NCBI GenBank assembly: GCA_012518815.1
Contig: JAAYRK010000082.1
Location: forward strand, 2,465 to 66,464
DNA: 64,000 nt
Direction: 5' to 3'
DNA from: Candidatus Epulonipiscium sp.
Lineage (GTDB): Bacteria > Bacillota > Clostridia > Lachnospirales > Defluviitaleaceae
Below are positions 46,807-54,981 of this stretch, piece by piece (position 1 is the first letter of the stretch; each line of letters begins with the position of its first letter). Below the pieces are notes generated by a model. The model had not been told where the DNA came from and searched no databases. It saw nothing but the letters and a program-made list of their open reading frames with translations. The translations under genes and the position numbers were made by a program.

Positions 46807-47294
46807 TTCCATTCATATTCTCTTAACTTTCCTTGGTTTAATAAACCTTCAAAATTTAATTGTCTCATAGCTTCATAAGCAACAATTGCTACAGAATTAG
46901 CTAAGTTTAAAGAACGAGCCTCAGCTCTCATGGGAATCCTAATAGTTGTTTCTGGATAATCCTTTAATATGTATTCAGGGATTCCAGCAGTCTCTTTCCC
47001 AAATATAATAAAACAATCCTTAGTATATTTTACATCAGTATATACATTATTAGCCTTTGTTGAAGCCATAAAAAATAAACTATTGGGATGTTTTGATTTA
47101 AAATCCTCAAAATTTTCATAATAAGAAACATTTAATAAGTTCCAATAATCTAAACCAGCTCTTTTCAAATATTTATCATCAACAAAAAATCCTAAAGGTT
47201 TAATTAAATGTAAGTCAGCACCAATAGCTGCACAAGTCCTGGCAATATTGCCAGTGTTTTGTGGTATTTCAGGCTCTAATAAAACTATATTCAT
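46791..47294 (-). CDS. trmL: tRNA (cytidine(34)-2'-O)-methyltransferase TrmL (SpoU/TrmH family)
   Basis: 167 aa with MNIVLLEPEIPQNTGNIARTCAA, FGKETAGIP and SLNLANSVAIV SPOUT motifs. Confidence 0.88.
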   Translation of the reverse strand: MNIVLLEPEIPQNTGNIARTCAAIGADLHLIKPLGFFVDDKYLKRAGLDYWNLLNVSYYENFEDFKSKHPNSLFFMASTKANNVYTDVKYTKDCFIIFGKETAGIPEYILKDYPETTIRIPMRAEARSLNLANSVAIVAYEAMRQLNFEGLLNQGKLREYEWNKTSI

Positions 47295-47311
47295 TACTAA
47301 ACATCATCTCA

Positions 47312-47791
47312 CTAGCTATAATTTTCTTGAATGGCAACATCAATTTCAAACATCGCACCATCTTCTAAGTGTAAAGGAATGCAAATAGTTTGTATCTTTG
47401 AAATTGATATTTGGATATCATTCCCCACGAATAAAGAAGGTGGCGTAATATCAACAAAAATTCCTTTAGTATAAAATATGGTTGCCGTATGCCCTAAAAT
47501 CATATTCATTAATTCTGAAATTGCACTTTTTGCCATTTCATCTAATTCTTCAACAGCCAAACCCATCATCATTTTTGAAGATATAGAGCAAGCAGCTTGT
47601 TTATCTAAACTAAAAATAACTTGTCCCTTAATATCTCCTGTAAGACCTATGATAACAACAATTGAACCACTAGCATAAGGTGATTTTTTTAAGTAAACTT
47701 TTCCTAGTTTGGGTACTTCTTTGCATACATCCCTTAAAATTGTTTGTGTTCCTTGAACAAAAGGATTAATAAGGTCTACATTTATCGACAT
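47312..47791 (-). CDS. cheX: CheX/CheC-like chemotaxis phosphatase-family protein
   Basis: 159 aa. The INPFVQGTQTIL N-terminus and AISELMNMILGH motif are typical of CheX. No other che genes lie nearby. Confidence 0.7.
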   Translation of the reverse strand: MSINVDLINPFVQGTQTILRDVCKEVPKLGKVYLKKSPYASGSIVVIIGLTGDIKGQVIFSLDKQAACSISSKMMMGLAVEELDEMAKSAISELMNMILGHTATIFYTKGIFVDITPPSLFVGNDIQISISKIQTICIPLHLEDGAMFEIDVAIQENYS

Positions 47792-47944
47792 ACAACCCCA
47801 CCTTTATTTATAAAAAATAAAATAAAACCTAAAGAAACGTACCCTTATATTTTAGCATATTAAATTATTAAATACAATGGATTATACAAAAATCGAGAAT
47901 TATTTACTATGCCAATCCTTAAATATTGCCCTTAGATTTGTAAC

Positions 47945-47995
47945 TTGACGAATAGTTAAAATTCTATTATTATTATTATATAAAAATTATTATCA
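47945..47995 (+). promoter_or_regulatory. Promoter (TTGACG-17-TATTAT) plus a Fur/PerR-like box upstream of the Fur-family gene
   Basis: TAAAAATtATTATCA (47981-47995) matches the 7-1-7 TGATAATnATTATCA motif at 12 of 14 positions. Confidence 0.45.
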
Positions 47996-48012
47996 GTAAG
48001 GTGGTTATTCCT

Positions 48013-48435
48013 ATGAAAGAACTTGCGCAACAGCTAAAAGAAAAGAACCTCAAAGTTACACCACAAAGATTAGCTATTTTTCAAATGCTTAGTAATACTG
48101 TAGAACATCCTAGTGCAGAAACCATTTATAAGGCTTTGGAAACCACGCATCCGACTATGAGTTTAGCAACAGTATATAAAACTTTAGATGCATTAAAAAA
48201 AGCAAGTCTTATTCAAGAATTAAATGTAGGGGAAGATTGCTTTAGATATGATGCTAGAACACACTCCCATCCTCATTTAATTTGCGTATCTTGTTGTAAA
48301 GTTGTAGATATGGATTCAATTTATTTAAATGATATTAGAGAAAGAGTCGAAAAAAATTCTGATTTTGATATTTTAGATGAAAAAATATATTTCTACGGTG
48401 TTTGTCCTAACTGCAAAGAAAGCAAAGAGCATTAA
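48013..48435 (+). CDS. Fur-family metalloregulator (Fur/PerR/Zur not resolved)
   Basis: It has TPQRLAIFQML, a HPSAE DNA-binding helix, HSHPHLICVSC and CPNC. I prefer the start at MKELAQ (48013, RBS AAGGTGG). Confidence 0.85.
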   Translation: MKELAQQLKEKNLKVTPQRLAIFQMLSNTVEHPSAETIYKALETTHPTMSLATVYKTLDALKKASLIQELNVGEDCFRYDARTHSHPHLICVSCCKVVDMDSIYLNDIRERVEKNSDFDILDEKIYFYGVCPNCKESKEH

Positions 48436-48439
48436 TAAT

Positions 48440-48481
48440 AGACGGTATTTTGATTTTATTAATAAAATTAAAATACCGTCT
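48440..48481. terminator. Bidirectional terminator, 21-bp near-perfect palindrome
   Basis: agacggtattttgattttatt / aataaaattaaaataccgtct followed by T5. Confidence 0.8.
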
Positions 48482-48490
48482 TTTTATTTA

Positions 48491-49654
48491 TTATTGAAAT
48501 TGCTCCATAAATTTTCCAATTCTTTTTAGAGCTTCTTTAATATTATCAATAGAATAAGCATAAGAACATCTTATAAAGCCTTCCCCGCAGTCACCAAATG
48601 CCGTCCCTGGTACAACCGCAACCTTTTCTTCATATAGAAGCTTACTACAAAACTCCTCTGAAGTTAGACCAGACTTTTTAATAGAAGGGAATACATAAAA
48701 TGCTCCTAAAGGCTCAAAACAGTCCATACCAATGTTTCTAAAACCATTAACAATAAATTTTCTCCTACTATCAAAAGCTTCTCTCATTTCTGCAACAGCA
48801 TCGTCACCATTTTTTAAGGCTTCAATACCAGCATATTGACTCGTAGTAGGGGCACACATAATTGCATATTGATGAATCTTTGTCATTGCAGCTATTAATT
48901 CTTTAGGACCTGCTGCATATCCCATTCTCCATCCTGTCATGGAATAAGCCTTTGAAAATCCATTAATAACTACTGTAGTATCGTACATGCCAGGCAAGGA
49001 AGCAATAGAAATATGATTTCTACCATAAGTCAATTCAGCATATATTTCATCTGAAAGAACTAATATATCCTTACCTCTTATTACATCTGCAATTTTTTCT
49101 AAATCTTCTTTTTCCATAATCCCCCCCGTTGGGTTATTAGGATAAGGAAGAATAAGAACTTTCGTCTTATCAGTAATAGCTCTTTCTAATTCCTCTGGAG
49201 TCAAACGAAAATCATTTTCTGCTTTTGTAGTAATAGTAACAGGTGCTCCACCTGCTAAAATCGTACAAGGTTTATAAGAAACAAAACAAGGTTCTGGAAT
49301 TAATACCTCATCTCCTGGATTTAATACAGCCCTTAATGCTAAATCAATTGCTTCACTTCCCCCAACAGTAACCAATATTTGATCTTGGGGATTATATGAT
49401 ATATCAAATCTTCTTGATAAATATGTACTAATTTCCTGCCTTAATTCCAAAAGACCAGAATTTGATGTGTAAACAGTTTTTCCTTTTTCTAAGGTATATA
49501 TACCTTCTTCTCGAATATGCCAAGGTGTATCAAAATCAGGTTCCCCCACCCCTAAGGAAATAACATCATTCATCTGACTAGCTATGTCAAAAAATTTACG
49601 TATCCCAGAAGGCGGTATCCCTCTTACCTTAGATGCAATCATTTCTTTTTTCAT
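48491..49654 (-). CDS. PLP-dependent aminotransferase, class I/II (aspartate aminotransferase-like)
   Basis: 387 aa with NPTG and a SKAYSMTGWR PLP-lysine motif. Confidence 0.88.
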   Translation of the reverse strand: MKKEMIASKVRGIPPSGIRKFFDIASQMNDVISLGVGEPDFDTPWHIREEGIYTLEKGKTVYTSNSGLLELRQEISTYLSRRFDISYNPQDQILVTVGGSEAIDLALRAVLNPGDEVLIPEPCFVSYKPCTILAGGAPVTITTKAENDFRLTPEELERAITDKTKVLILPYPNNPTGGIMEKEDLEKIADVIRGKDILVLSDEIYAELTYGRNHISIASLPGMYDTTVVINGFSKAYSMTGWRMGYAAGPKELIAAMTKIHQYAIMCAPTTSQYAGIEALKNGDDAVAEMREAFDSRRKFIVNGFRNIGMDCFEPLGAFYVFPSIKKSGLTSEEFCSKLLYEEKVAVVPGTAFGDCGEGFIRCSYAYSIDNIKEALKRIGKFMEQFQ

Positions 49655-50133
49655 GGGGAAACTACCATCCTTTCATCTTTCTTAAATTCTTCGAAAGGAA
49701 TCCCATGATCTTTATATTTTTTAAGTACAAAATGTGTACTAGTACTTAACACTGATTCAAGGGTAGACAATTTTTGTGCAACAAACAAAGCTACCTCTTT
49801 CATGGTTTTACCTTCGATGATAACAGTTAAATCAAAGCCTCCTGACATCAAATAAACAGCTTTTACTTCGTTAAAACGATAAATCCTTTCAGCTATTTTA
49901 TCAAAACCCTCTCCTCTTTGAGGAGTTACTTTTACTTCAATTAATGCTGTAACTAAATCCTTATCAGTTTTTTCCCAATTTATTAATGTATTATAACCGC
50001 AAATAACTTGTTCTTTTTCCATTTGCTCAATTTCTTTTTCAACTTCTTCTTTTGACATATCCAACATGATAGCAATATCTTTTGTTGCTAATCTACTGTT
50101 CTTTTCTAGTAATTCTAAAATTTTACGCCTCAT
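49651..50133 (-). CDS. Lrp/AsnC family transcriptional regulator
   Basis: 160 aa with an N-terminal HTH (ILELLEKNSRLATKDIAIMLDMSKEEV) and a C-terminal AsnC-type effector domain. ATGA overlap with the aminotransferase gene. Confidence 0.85.
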   Translation of the reverse strand: MRRKILELLEKNSRLATKDIAIMLDMSKEEVEKEIEQMEKEQVICGYNTLINWEKTDKDLVTALIEVKVTPQRGEGFDKIAERIYRFNEVKAVYLMSGGFDLTVIIEGKTMKEVALFVAQKLSTLESVLSTSTHFVLKKYKDHGIPFEEFKKDERMVVSP

Positions 50134-51808
50134 TATTATCCTCCTGTTCAGTATAAGCCTGTTCTTCTATAGATTGTTCATATTCTACTTTGTAATCTCT
50201 AAAGAAACAAACTCTGTTTTTACCTTTAGACTTAGCTTGGTACATTCCCCAATCGGCTTTATTAATCAGTTCTTCATCAGAAAAACCATCCACACCATAT
50301 TCTGCTATACCTATACTTACAGTTACATTTCTATCTACATCAAGCAAGTCTTTGATAGGGCATTTTTCAATATTTCTCCTTATTCTTTCTGCTGTAATGT
50401 ATGCATTACAAAACTCTGTCTCTGGGAGAACAACAACAAATTCTTCTCCCCCATATCTAGATACTAGATCAATTTTGCGTATGGTCATTTTAGTAATCTT
50501 ATAAATTAATTTAAGGACTTCATCACCTATATTATGCCCATATGTATCATTAAATGATTTAAAATTATCAATATCAAAAAATAATATACAAAAATGTTTT
50601 CCATGTCTTTGAGATCTATCAATTTCTTTTTTAAGAAAAGTTTTTAAGTATCTTCTTGTTTTTGCACCAGTTAAAGGATCTGTATTTGCTTTCTTATAAA
50701 CCGAATTATATAAAACTGCAGTAGATAATGATGTTCCAGCTTGTCCAACTAATAAGGAAATCAGTTGCCCTGTTTCAGAACGAAATTGAGTATCTGTAGA
50801 AATAAGCAAGAAACCTCCTTCTTTCAAGCTACACATTATCTTAAACATATATAACCATTTCTTTTCTGGATTTAAAACAACAGTCTCCATATGATAAATA
50901 TTAACTAAATCTGCCATATAAAAAGGTTGATGAGCACCGATAACGTGTTTATAATCTTTCATGCTCTTAATTTTTTTGATTTCATTACCTATCTCAACGG
51001 TTTCATATCTTATGAGATCTCTTTTATTTCCTGCTTCTTTAAATCTTTTATAATTATATAAATATCCGTCAGAAGCCTTTTTAGAGTAAAGTAAAACAGC
51101 ACAATCATCACTATTAGACATTTTAGAAACATTTTTTAGGAGTATTTTAATAATTTCATTTTGAGAAAGACATTCATTCAATGATGCACTTATTTTGTTG
51201 ATGTGAATTAGGTTATCAATACTCCTTTTAGAATCTTGTATGGTAATGTTTTCTAATTCTTTTTGTTCTAATAACTCATCATATTTTTTAAGAACCTTCC
51301 ATAAAATAGAAAGGTTAAAAACAAAAACAATGGTCCAAAAGATACCTCTTATGTCCCAAAAACGCCAGTAATAATTATAACCAATAGTTAGTTCATATAA
51401 CCATATATTGGCTAAGATGATGGCATTTGCTAGTACAGAATATAAGCTAGTACGATACCTAACCAACATAGTAATCTGTATAATAATATAAACCATTTCA
51501 ATTGGTATTTCACAAACCCTTAAAATTATTGTTGCAGCCCATGGAATTGCAATTAAATCAAATATAGTAGATATTATGATTGCTAAATCAAACCATTTAT
51601 CATCATTTAGATGTTTAATTAAAATAAAACCAATGCCTACAGAAATTAAATAGTATGTTATAAAAATAAACATTCTATTTAATAATTGTGCTTCCATTTG
51701 CCTGCTCATACTAATGTTTAAAGGTACCAAAAAAAACACAAATAAGAAAGCGACTAATCTAAAACGGATTAATATATTTTCTATTCGCTTCCTTTCTTTT
51801 AAACTCAT
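50123..51808 (-). CDS. Membrane diguanylate cyclase (multi-TM N-terminus, central sensor region, GGDEF)
   Basis: 561 aa with the active site GGEEF and an I-site RKID five residues upstream (RKIDLVSRYGGEEF). It overlaps the asnC-type gene by 11 nt. Confidence 0.88.
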   Translation of the reverse strand: MSLKERKRIENILIRFRLVAFLFVFFLVPLNISMSRQMEAQLLNRMFIFITYYLISVGIGFILIKHLNDDKWFDLAIIISTIFDLIAIPWAATIILRVCEIPIEMVYIIIQITMLVRYRTSLYSVLANAIILANIWLYELTIGYNYYWRFWDIRGIFWTIVFVFNLSILWKVLKKYDELLEQKELENITIQDSKRSIDNLIHINKISASLNECLSQNEIIKILLKNVSKMSNSDDCAVLLYSKKASDGYLYNYKRFKEAGNKRDLIRYETVEIGNEIKKIKSMKDYKHVIGAHQPFYMADLVNIYHMETVVLNPEKKWLYMFKIMCSLKEGGFLLISTDTQFRSETGQLISLLVGQAGTSLSTAVLYNSVYKKANTDPLTGAKTRRYLKTFLKKEIDRSQRHGKHFCILFFDIDNFKSFNDTYGHNIGDEVLKLIYKITKMTIRKIDLVSRYGGEEFVVVLPETEFCNAYITAERIRRNIEKCPIKDLLDVDRNVTVSIGIAEYGVDGFSDEELINKADWGMYQAKSKGKNRVCFFRDYKVEYEQSIEEQAYTEQEDNNEA

Positions 51809-51835
51809 AAGTCCTCCCCCATTTTCCGTGTAGGC

Positions 51836-52819
51836 TTATTTTATCACTTTATATAATTCATCTACATCAGGTTGTCTTAAGGGTGTTATTCTTTTGTTTT
51901 GAATGCAAACTCTGTCTTTTTTTGTTATTTTTCCTATGATATTTGCTTCTATACCATTAGTCCTAAGCTTTTCAACAAGATTGCTTCCATCATATGATGC
52001 TATAATCATACAACCGCTAGATATGAGTTTATAGGGAGAAATATTATAATAATTACAAATATCTATTGTCTCTTTTCTAACGGGTATTTTATCTAAGTAA
52101 ACTTCGACTCCTACACCTGAGGATTCAGCTATTTCCCAAATAGCTCCCAGCACTCCTCCTTCTGTTGCATCATGCATAGAAGTTGCTCCAAAATCTGCTC
52201 CAATTCTTCCTTCAGGAACTACAGATAAAAAGTTAGTAAAGTCTTGTGCATTATTTAAAAAATCTTCAGAAAACACTTTAGCTAATTCTTCTCTGCAATC
52301 TTTTGCAATTATAGTTGTTCCTTCCAAACCAGCCCATTTAGTCATAATTAAATCTTGTCCAATTTTTGCATTCTCAGTTAGAACTAACTTGTCTTTTTCT
52401 ACTTTGCCAATTGCTGTTGCAGATATTACTGGCCTGTTAACTGCATTAGTAATTTCAGTATGACCTCCAATTATTTCAACATTTATTTCATTTGAAGCCT
52501 TATTAGCATCATCCATTATACTTAGTAAATCTTCTTTAGTTGAACCTTCAGGAAGTAATATGGTCAACAATACTCCAATAGGCTCTCCTCCACAAGAAGC
52601 AATATCGTTACATGAAACATGAACTGCCAAATAGCCCATATCTTTATCAGCTCCTGTTATTGGATCCGTAGAAACAAGAAAAACCTCATCTTTTTCTAAT
52701 TGTATAGCAGCACTATCTTCTCCAATTCCAGGGCCTTTGATAATTTCTTTTTTATCTTTTTTTAAATTGTGAAATACATAATCTTTTAATATATTAGGGG
52801 GAATTTTTCCTACTTTCAT
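51836..52819 (-). CDS. AIR synthase-related protein (HypE/ThiL/PurM superfamily)
   Basis: 327 aa with IGEDSAAI, DPITGA and GGHTE motifs of the PurM-like fold. The specific function is not assignable. Confidence 0.7.
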   Translation of the reverse strand: MKVGKIPPNILKDYVFHNLKKDKKEIIKGPGIGEDSAAIQLEKDEVFLVSTDPITGADKDMGYLAVHVSCNDIASCGGEPIGVLLTILLPEGSTKEDLLSIMDDANKASNEINVEIIGGHTEITNAVNRPVISATAIGKVEKDKLVLTENAKIGQDLIMTKWAGLEGTTIIAKDCREELAKVFSEDFLNNAQDFTNFLSVVPEGRIGADFGATSMHDATEGGVLGAIWEIAESSGVGVEVYLDKIPVRKETIDICNYYNISPYKLISSGCMIIASYDGSNLVEKLRTNGIEANIIGKITKKDRVCIQNKRITPLRQPDVDELYKVIK

Positions 52820-52901
52820 TTTATGTTATGTCCTCTCCAAATGCAAGTTTATTAACATTACATTATATTATAATTATTTTAAATAAAAGACATAAAATTT
52901 T

Positions 52902-53609
52902 TTATATCATATTTGCAGCTTTTTCTTCTTTTAAAGTTTCTCTTAATGATTGCCATTGTTCTCTTGCTAACTTTGATATCCTATCGGGTATTCCTTTAAG
53001 GCTTATTACTTTATTAAGCCATCTAGCGGACTCTTCAAGATTACCAACTCTTCTGTGAAGCTCTGCAATTAAATACATCACTGTTGCCTCGTCCATATTT
53101 TCTAGCGGAAATCTTTCACTTGAAAAAGCTTCTAAATATTTATCTAATGAATGCTTAAGAAAATGTAATTCATCCTCTTCTTTACCCATAAATCTATATA
53201 ACCATGCAATTTTCAAACATATGCCAGCAACTTCACTAGACTTTGCCTTGCTTATTTGTGCATTTATTAAAGCCAGCTTGTATCTATTAACAGCTGCTTC
53301 ACTTTCTATAACAGAAGGACTTTCCTTAGCAACCCATCTTGGAGTTATATGTTTTTTAATTAATTCAGACCTTTTATATGTAATTTTAGAAAAAGTACTC
53401 TTTTGAGCTGCATATCCACATAATTGACAAATCCAGACATCATAGAACAAAGGATTAATATCTTTGTAAGTAACACAAAAGTCGGTATCTCTGCTTTCTA
53501 CTATATAAGCTTTTCTCTTTACCGCAAGAACTTTAAATTGATTACCACATACAGGACATTCTACACTCTTTTCATATAATTTATCGTCTAAGCTTGACAT
53601 ATCTCTCAC
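52902..53609 (-). CDS. DUF2225 domain protein (zinc ribbon plus TPR-like)
   Basis: 235 aa with CPVCGNQF ... CQLCGYA followed by a helical repeat region. Confidence 0.7.
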   Translation of the reverse strand: MRDMSSLDDKLYEKSVECPVCGNQFKVLAVKRKAYIVESRDTDFCVTYKDINPLFYDVWICQLCGYAAQKSTFSKITYKRSELIKKHITPRWVAKESPSVIESEAAVNRYKLALINAQISKAKSSEVAGICLKIAWLYRFMGKEEDELHFLKHSLDKYLEAFSSERFPLENMDEATVMYLIAELHRRVGNLEESARWLNKVISLKGIPDRISKLAREQWQSLRETLKEEKAANMI

Positions 53610-53767
53610 TCCGATGAAATATACATTTTACACAACAATAATTGGTATTAAGATGTTTCAAATCACTTATAAATAAGAAAAAAGGCTACGTCTTATTATG
53701 AATTAAGTAAAAATTATCTTAATTTATTATATAATATTTTTGGGTGTTTTACAATAATCTCTATTTT

Positions 53768-53790
53768 AAAAAACTCCCATAGGGAGTTTT
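53768..53790 (-). terminator. Rho-independent terminator of the DUF4097 gene
   Basis: aaactccc-ata-gggagttt, with a U-run on the minus strand. Confidence 0.8.
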
Positions 53791-54897
53791 CTAAAATAAT
53801 GTAATAGGAGCATTTGAAGTCTCCAAATTAATATTAACTTTTTTTAATGCAGTATGATAATTGTTTGTTATTGCCTTTATATAACTTTTCTCATTTTCAA
53901 TAAAATCTATATTTGCCATATTTATTTGAATTTCATTTAGAGATGTCAAAGCTTTTATATCGTAAGCAATATCAAATCCTTTTAGAGTATTGACTTTTAT
54001 GGTTGCATTAGAAGTTTCAGCCTTCCATTCATATGTGTTAGATTCTTTAAGTTCTCTAATAGATGAGTCAATAATAATCTCCCCATTGGAAGTTATTAAA
54101 TTCATATTTGTAACATCGCTTAATTTAATATCAATAAATCCATTAGAGCTTTCTGCATGAAGCAATCTACCTGTTATGTTTTCTAAATGAATATTTCCAT
54201 TTGTTGTTTCCAATTTAACATTTTTAGCTGAAATATTTTTGAGTTCAATAGGCCCATTATTTACTGCTATGTCTATTTCATCCCCAGTTAAACCATCAAC
54301 GAATACACTGCTGTTAGTAGTTTCTAAATATATTTTACTAAATAAAAACTCTGGAACAAATGCTTCTATAGCAACATTAGTAAAATAAGCCTCATCATAA
54401 TTTAAATAATAGGTATTGTCCACTCTAAGTAATTCTATCCTGGAATTTTCGTTATTATTATATCCTATCTTTGCAGTAATTTTATCGCCATTATAGCCCT
54501 TAATATGAATCTTGCCATTCTTACATTTTAATCTTAATTGGCTATTATCCCCCTTAACTACATACATTTCAAAATTTAATACCTTTTTTTGCGAACTACT
54601 GGTAGAAGATGATAAAGATTTTGATATTTTGTCTGCAAAAGAATTAGCCTTATCTATAACCGTTTTAGCAGCCTTTTCAATTTTAGGTGCTAAATCTTTT
54701 GACAAAGCTTCAATTTTTTTATCAATATCCATGGAATAAGACTCTGTTTTCTTTTGTTGTTGATTATCCCTGCTTTCATGCGTCTTATTCTTATTAGTAA
54801 TTTTACCATCTAATGAATTTAATAAATTTACTGCTTCATCCGCTGTAATCTTTCCCTCTTCTAACATTTTTAAAATCTTCATTTTTTCTTCAACCAT
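53791..54897 (-). CDS. SHOCT-like N-terminus plus DUF4097 beta-helix repeat protein (YvlB/LiaX-like)
   Basis: 368 aa. The N-terminus reads KILKMLEEGKITADEAVNLLNSL. The C-terminal half has repeated TSNG.I/TTNGNIHL beta-solenoid units. RBS AAGGAG lies 8 nt before the ATG. Confidence 0.7.
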   Translation of the reverse strand: MVEEKMKILKMLEEGKITADEAVNLLNSLDGKITNKNKTHESRDNQQQKKTESYSMDIDKKIEALSKDLAPKIEKAAKTVIDKANSFADKISKSLSSSTSSSQKKVLNFEMYVVKGDNSQLRLKCKNGKIHIKGYNGDKITAKIGYNNNENSRIELLRVDNTYYLNYDEAYFTNVAIEAFVPEFLFSKIYLETTNSSVFVDGLTGDEIDIAVNNGPIELKNISAKNVKLETTNGNIHLENITGRLLHAESSNGFIDIKLSDVTNMNLITSNGEIIIDSSIRELKESNTYEWKAETSNATIKVNTLKGFDIAYDIKALTSLNEIQINMANIDFIENEKSYIKAITNNYHTALKKVNINLETSNAPITLF

Positions 54898-54981
54898 ACA
54901 TCATTCTCCTTTGATTGTTAAAATATCTTAGAGGATTTTCCCAATTATATAATATATACGATAAATAATTGTATTAGTTTG

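Noticed and set aside
50066-50467. 133-aa plus-strand ORF spanning the asnC/GGDEF junction, and the 76-aa ORF at 52828-53058.
   Set aside because: Both are antisense to well-supported genes, have low-complexity Phe/Ile/Ser-rich products and lack an RBS.
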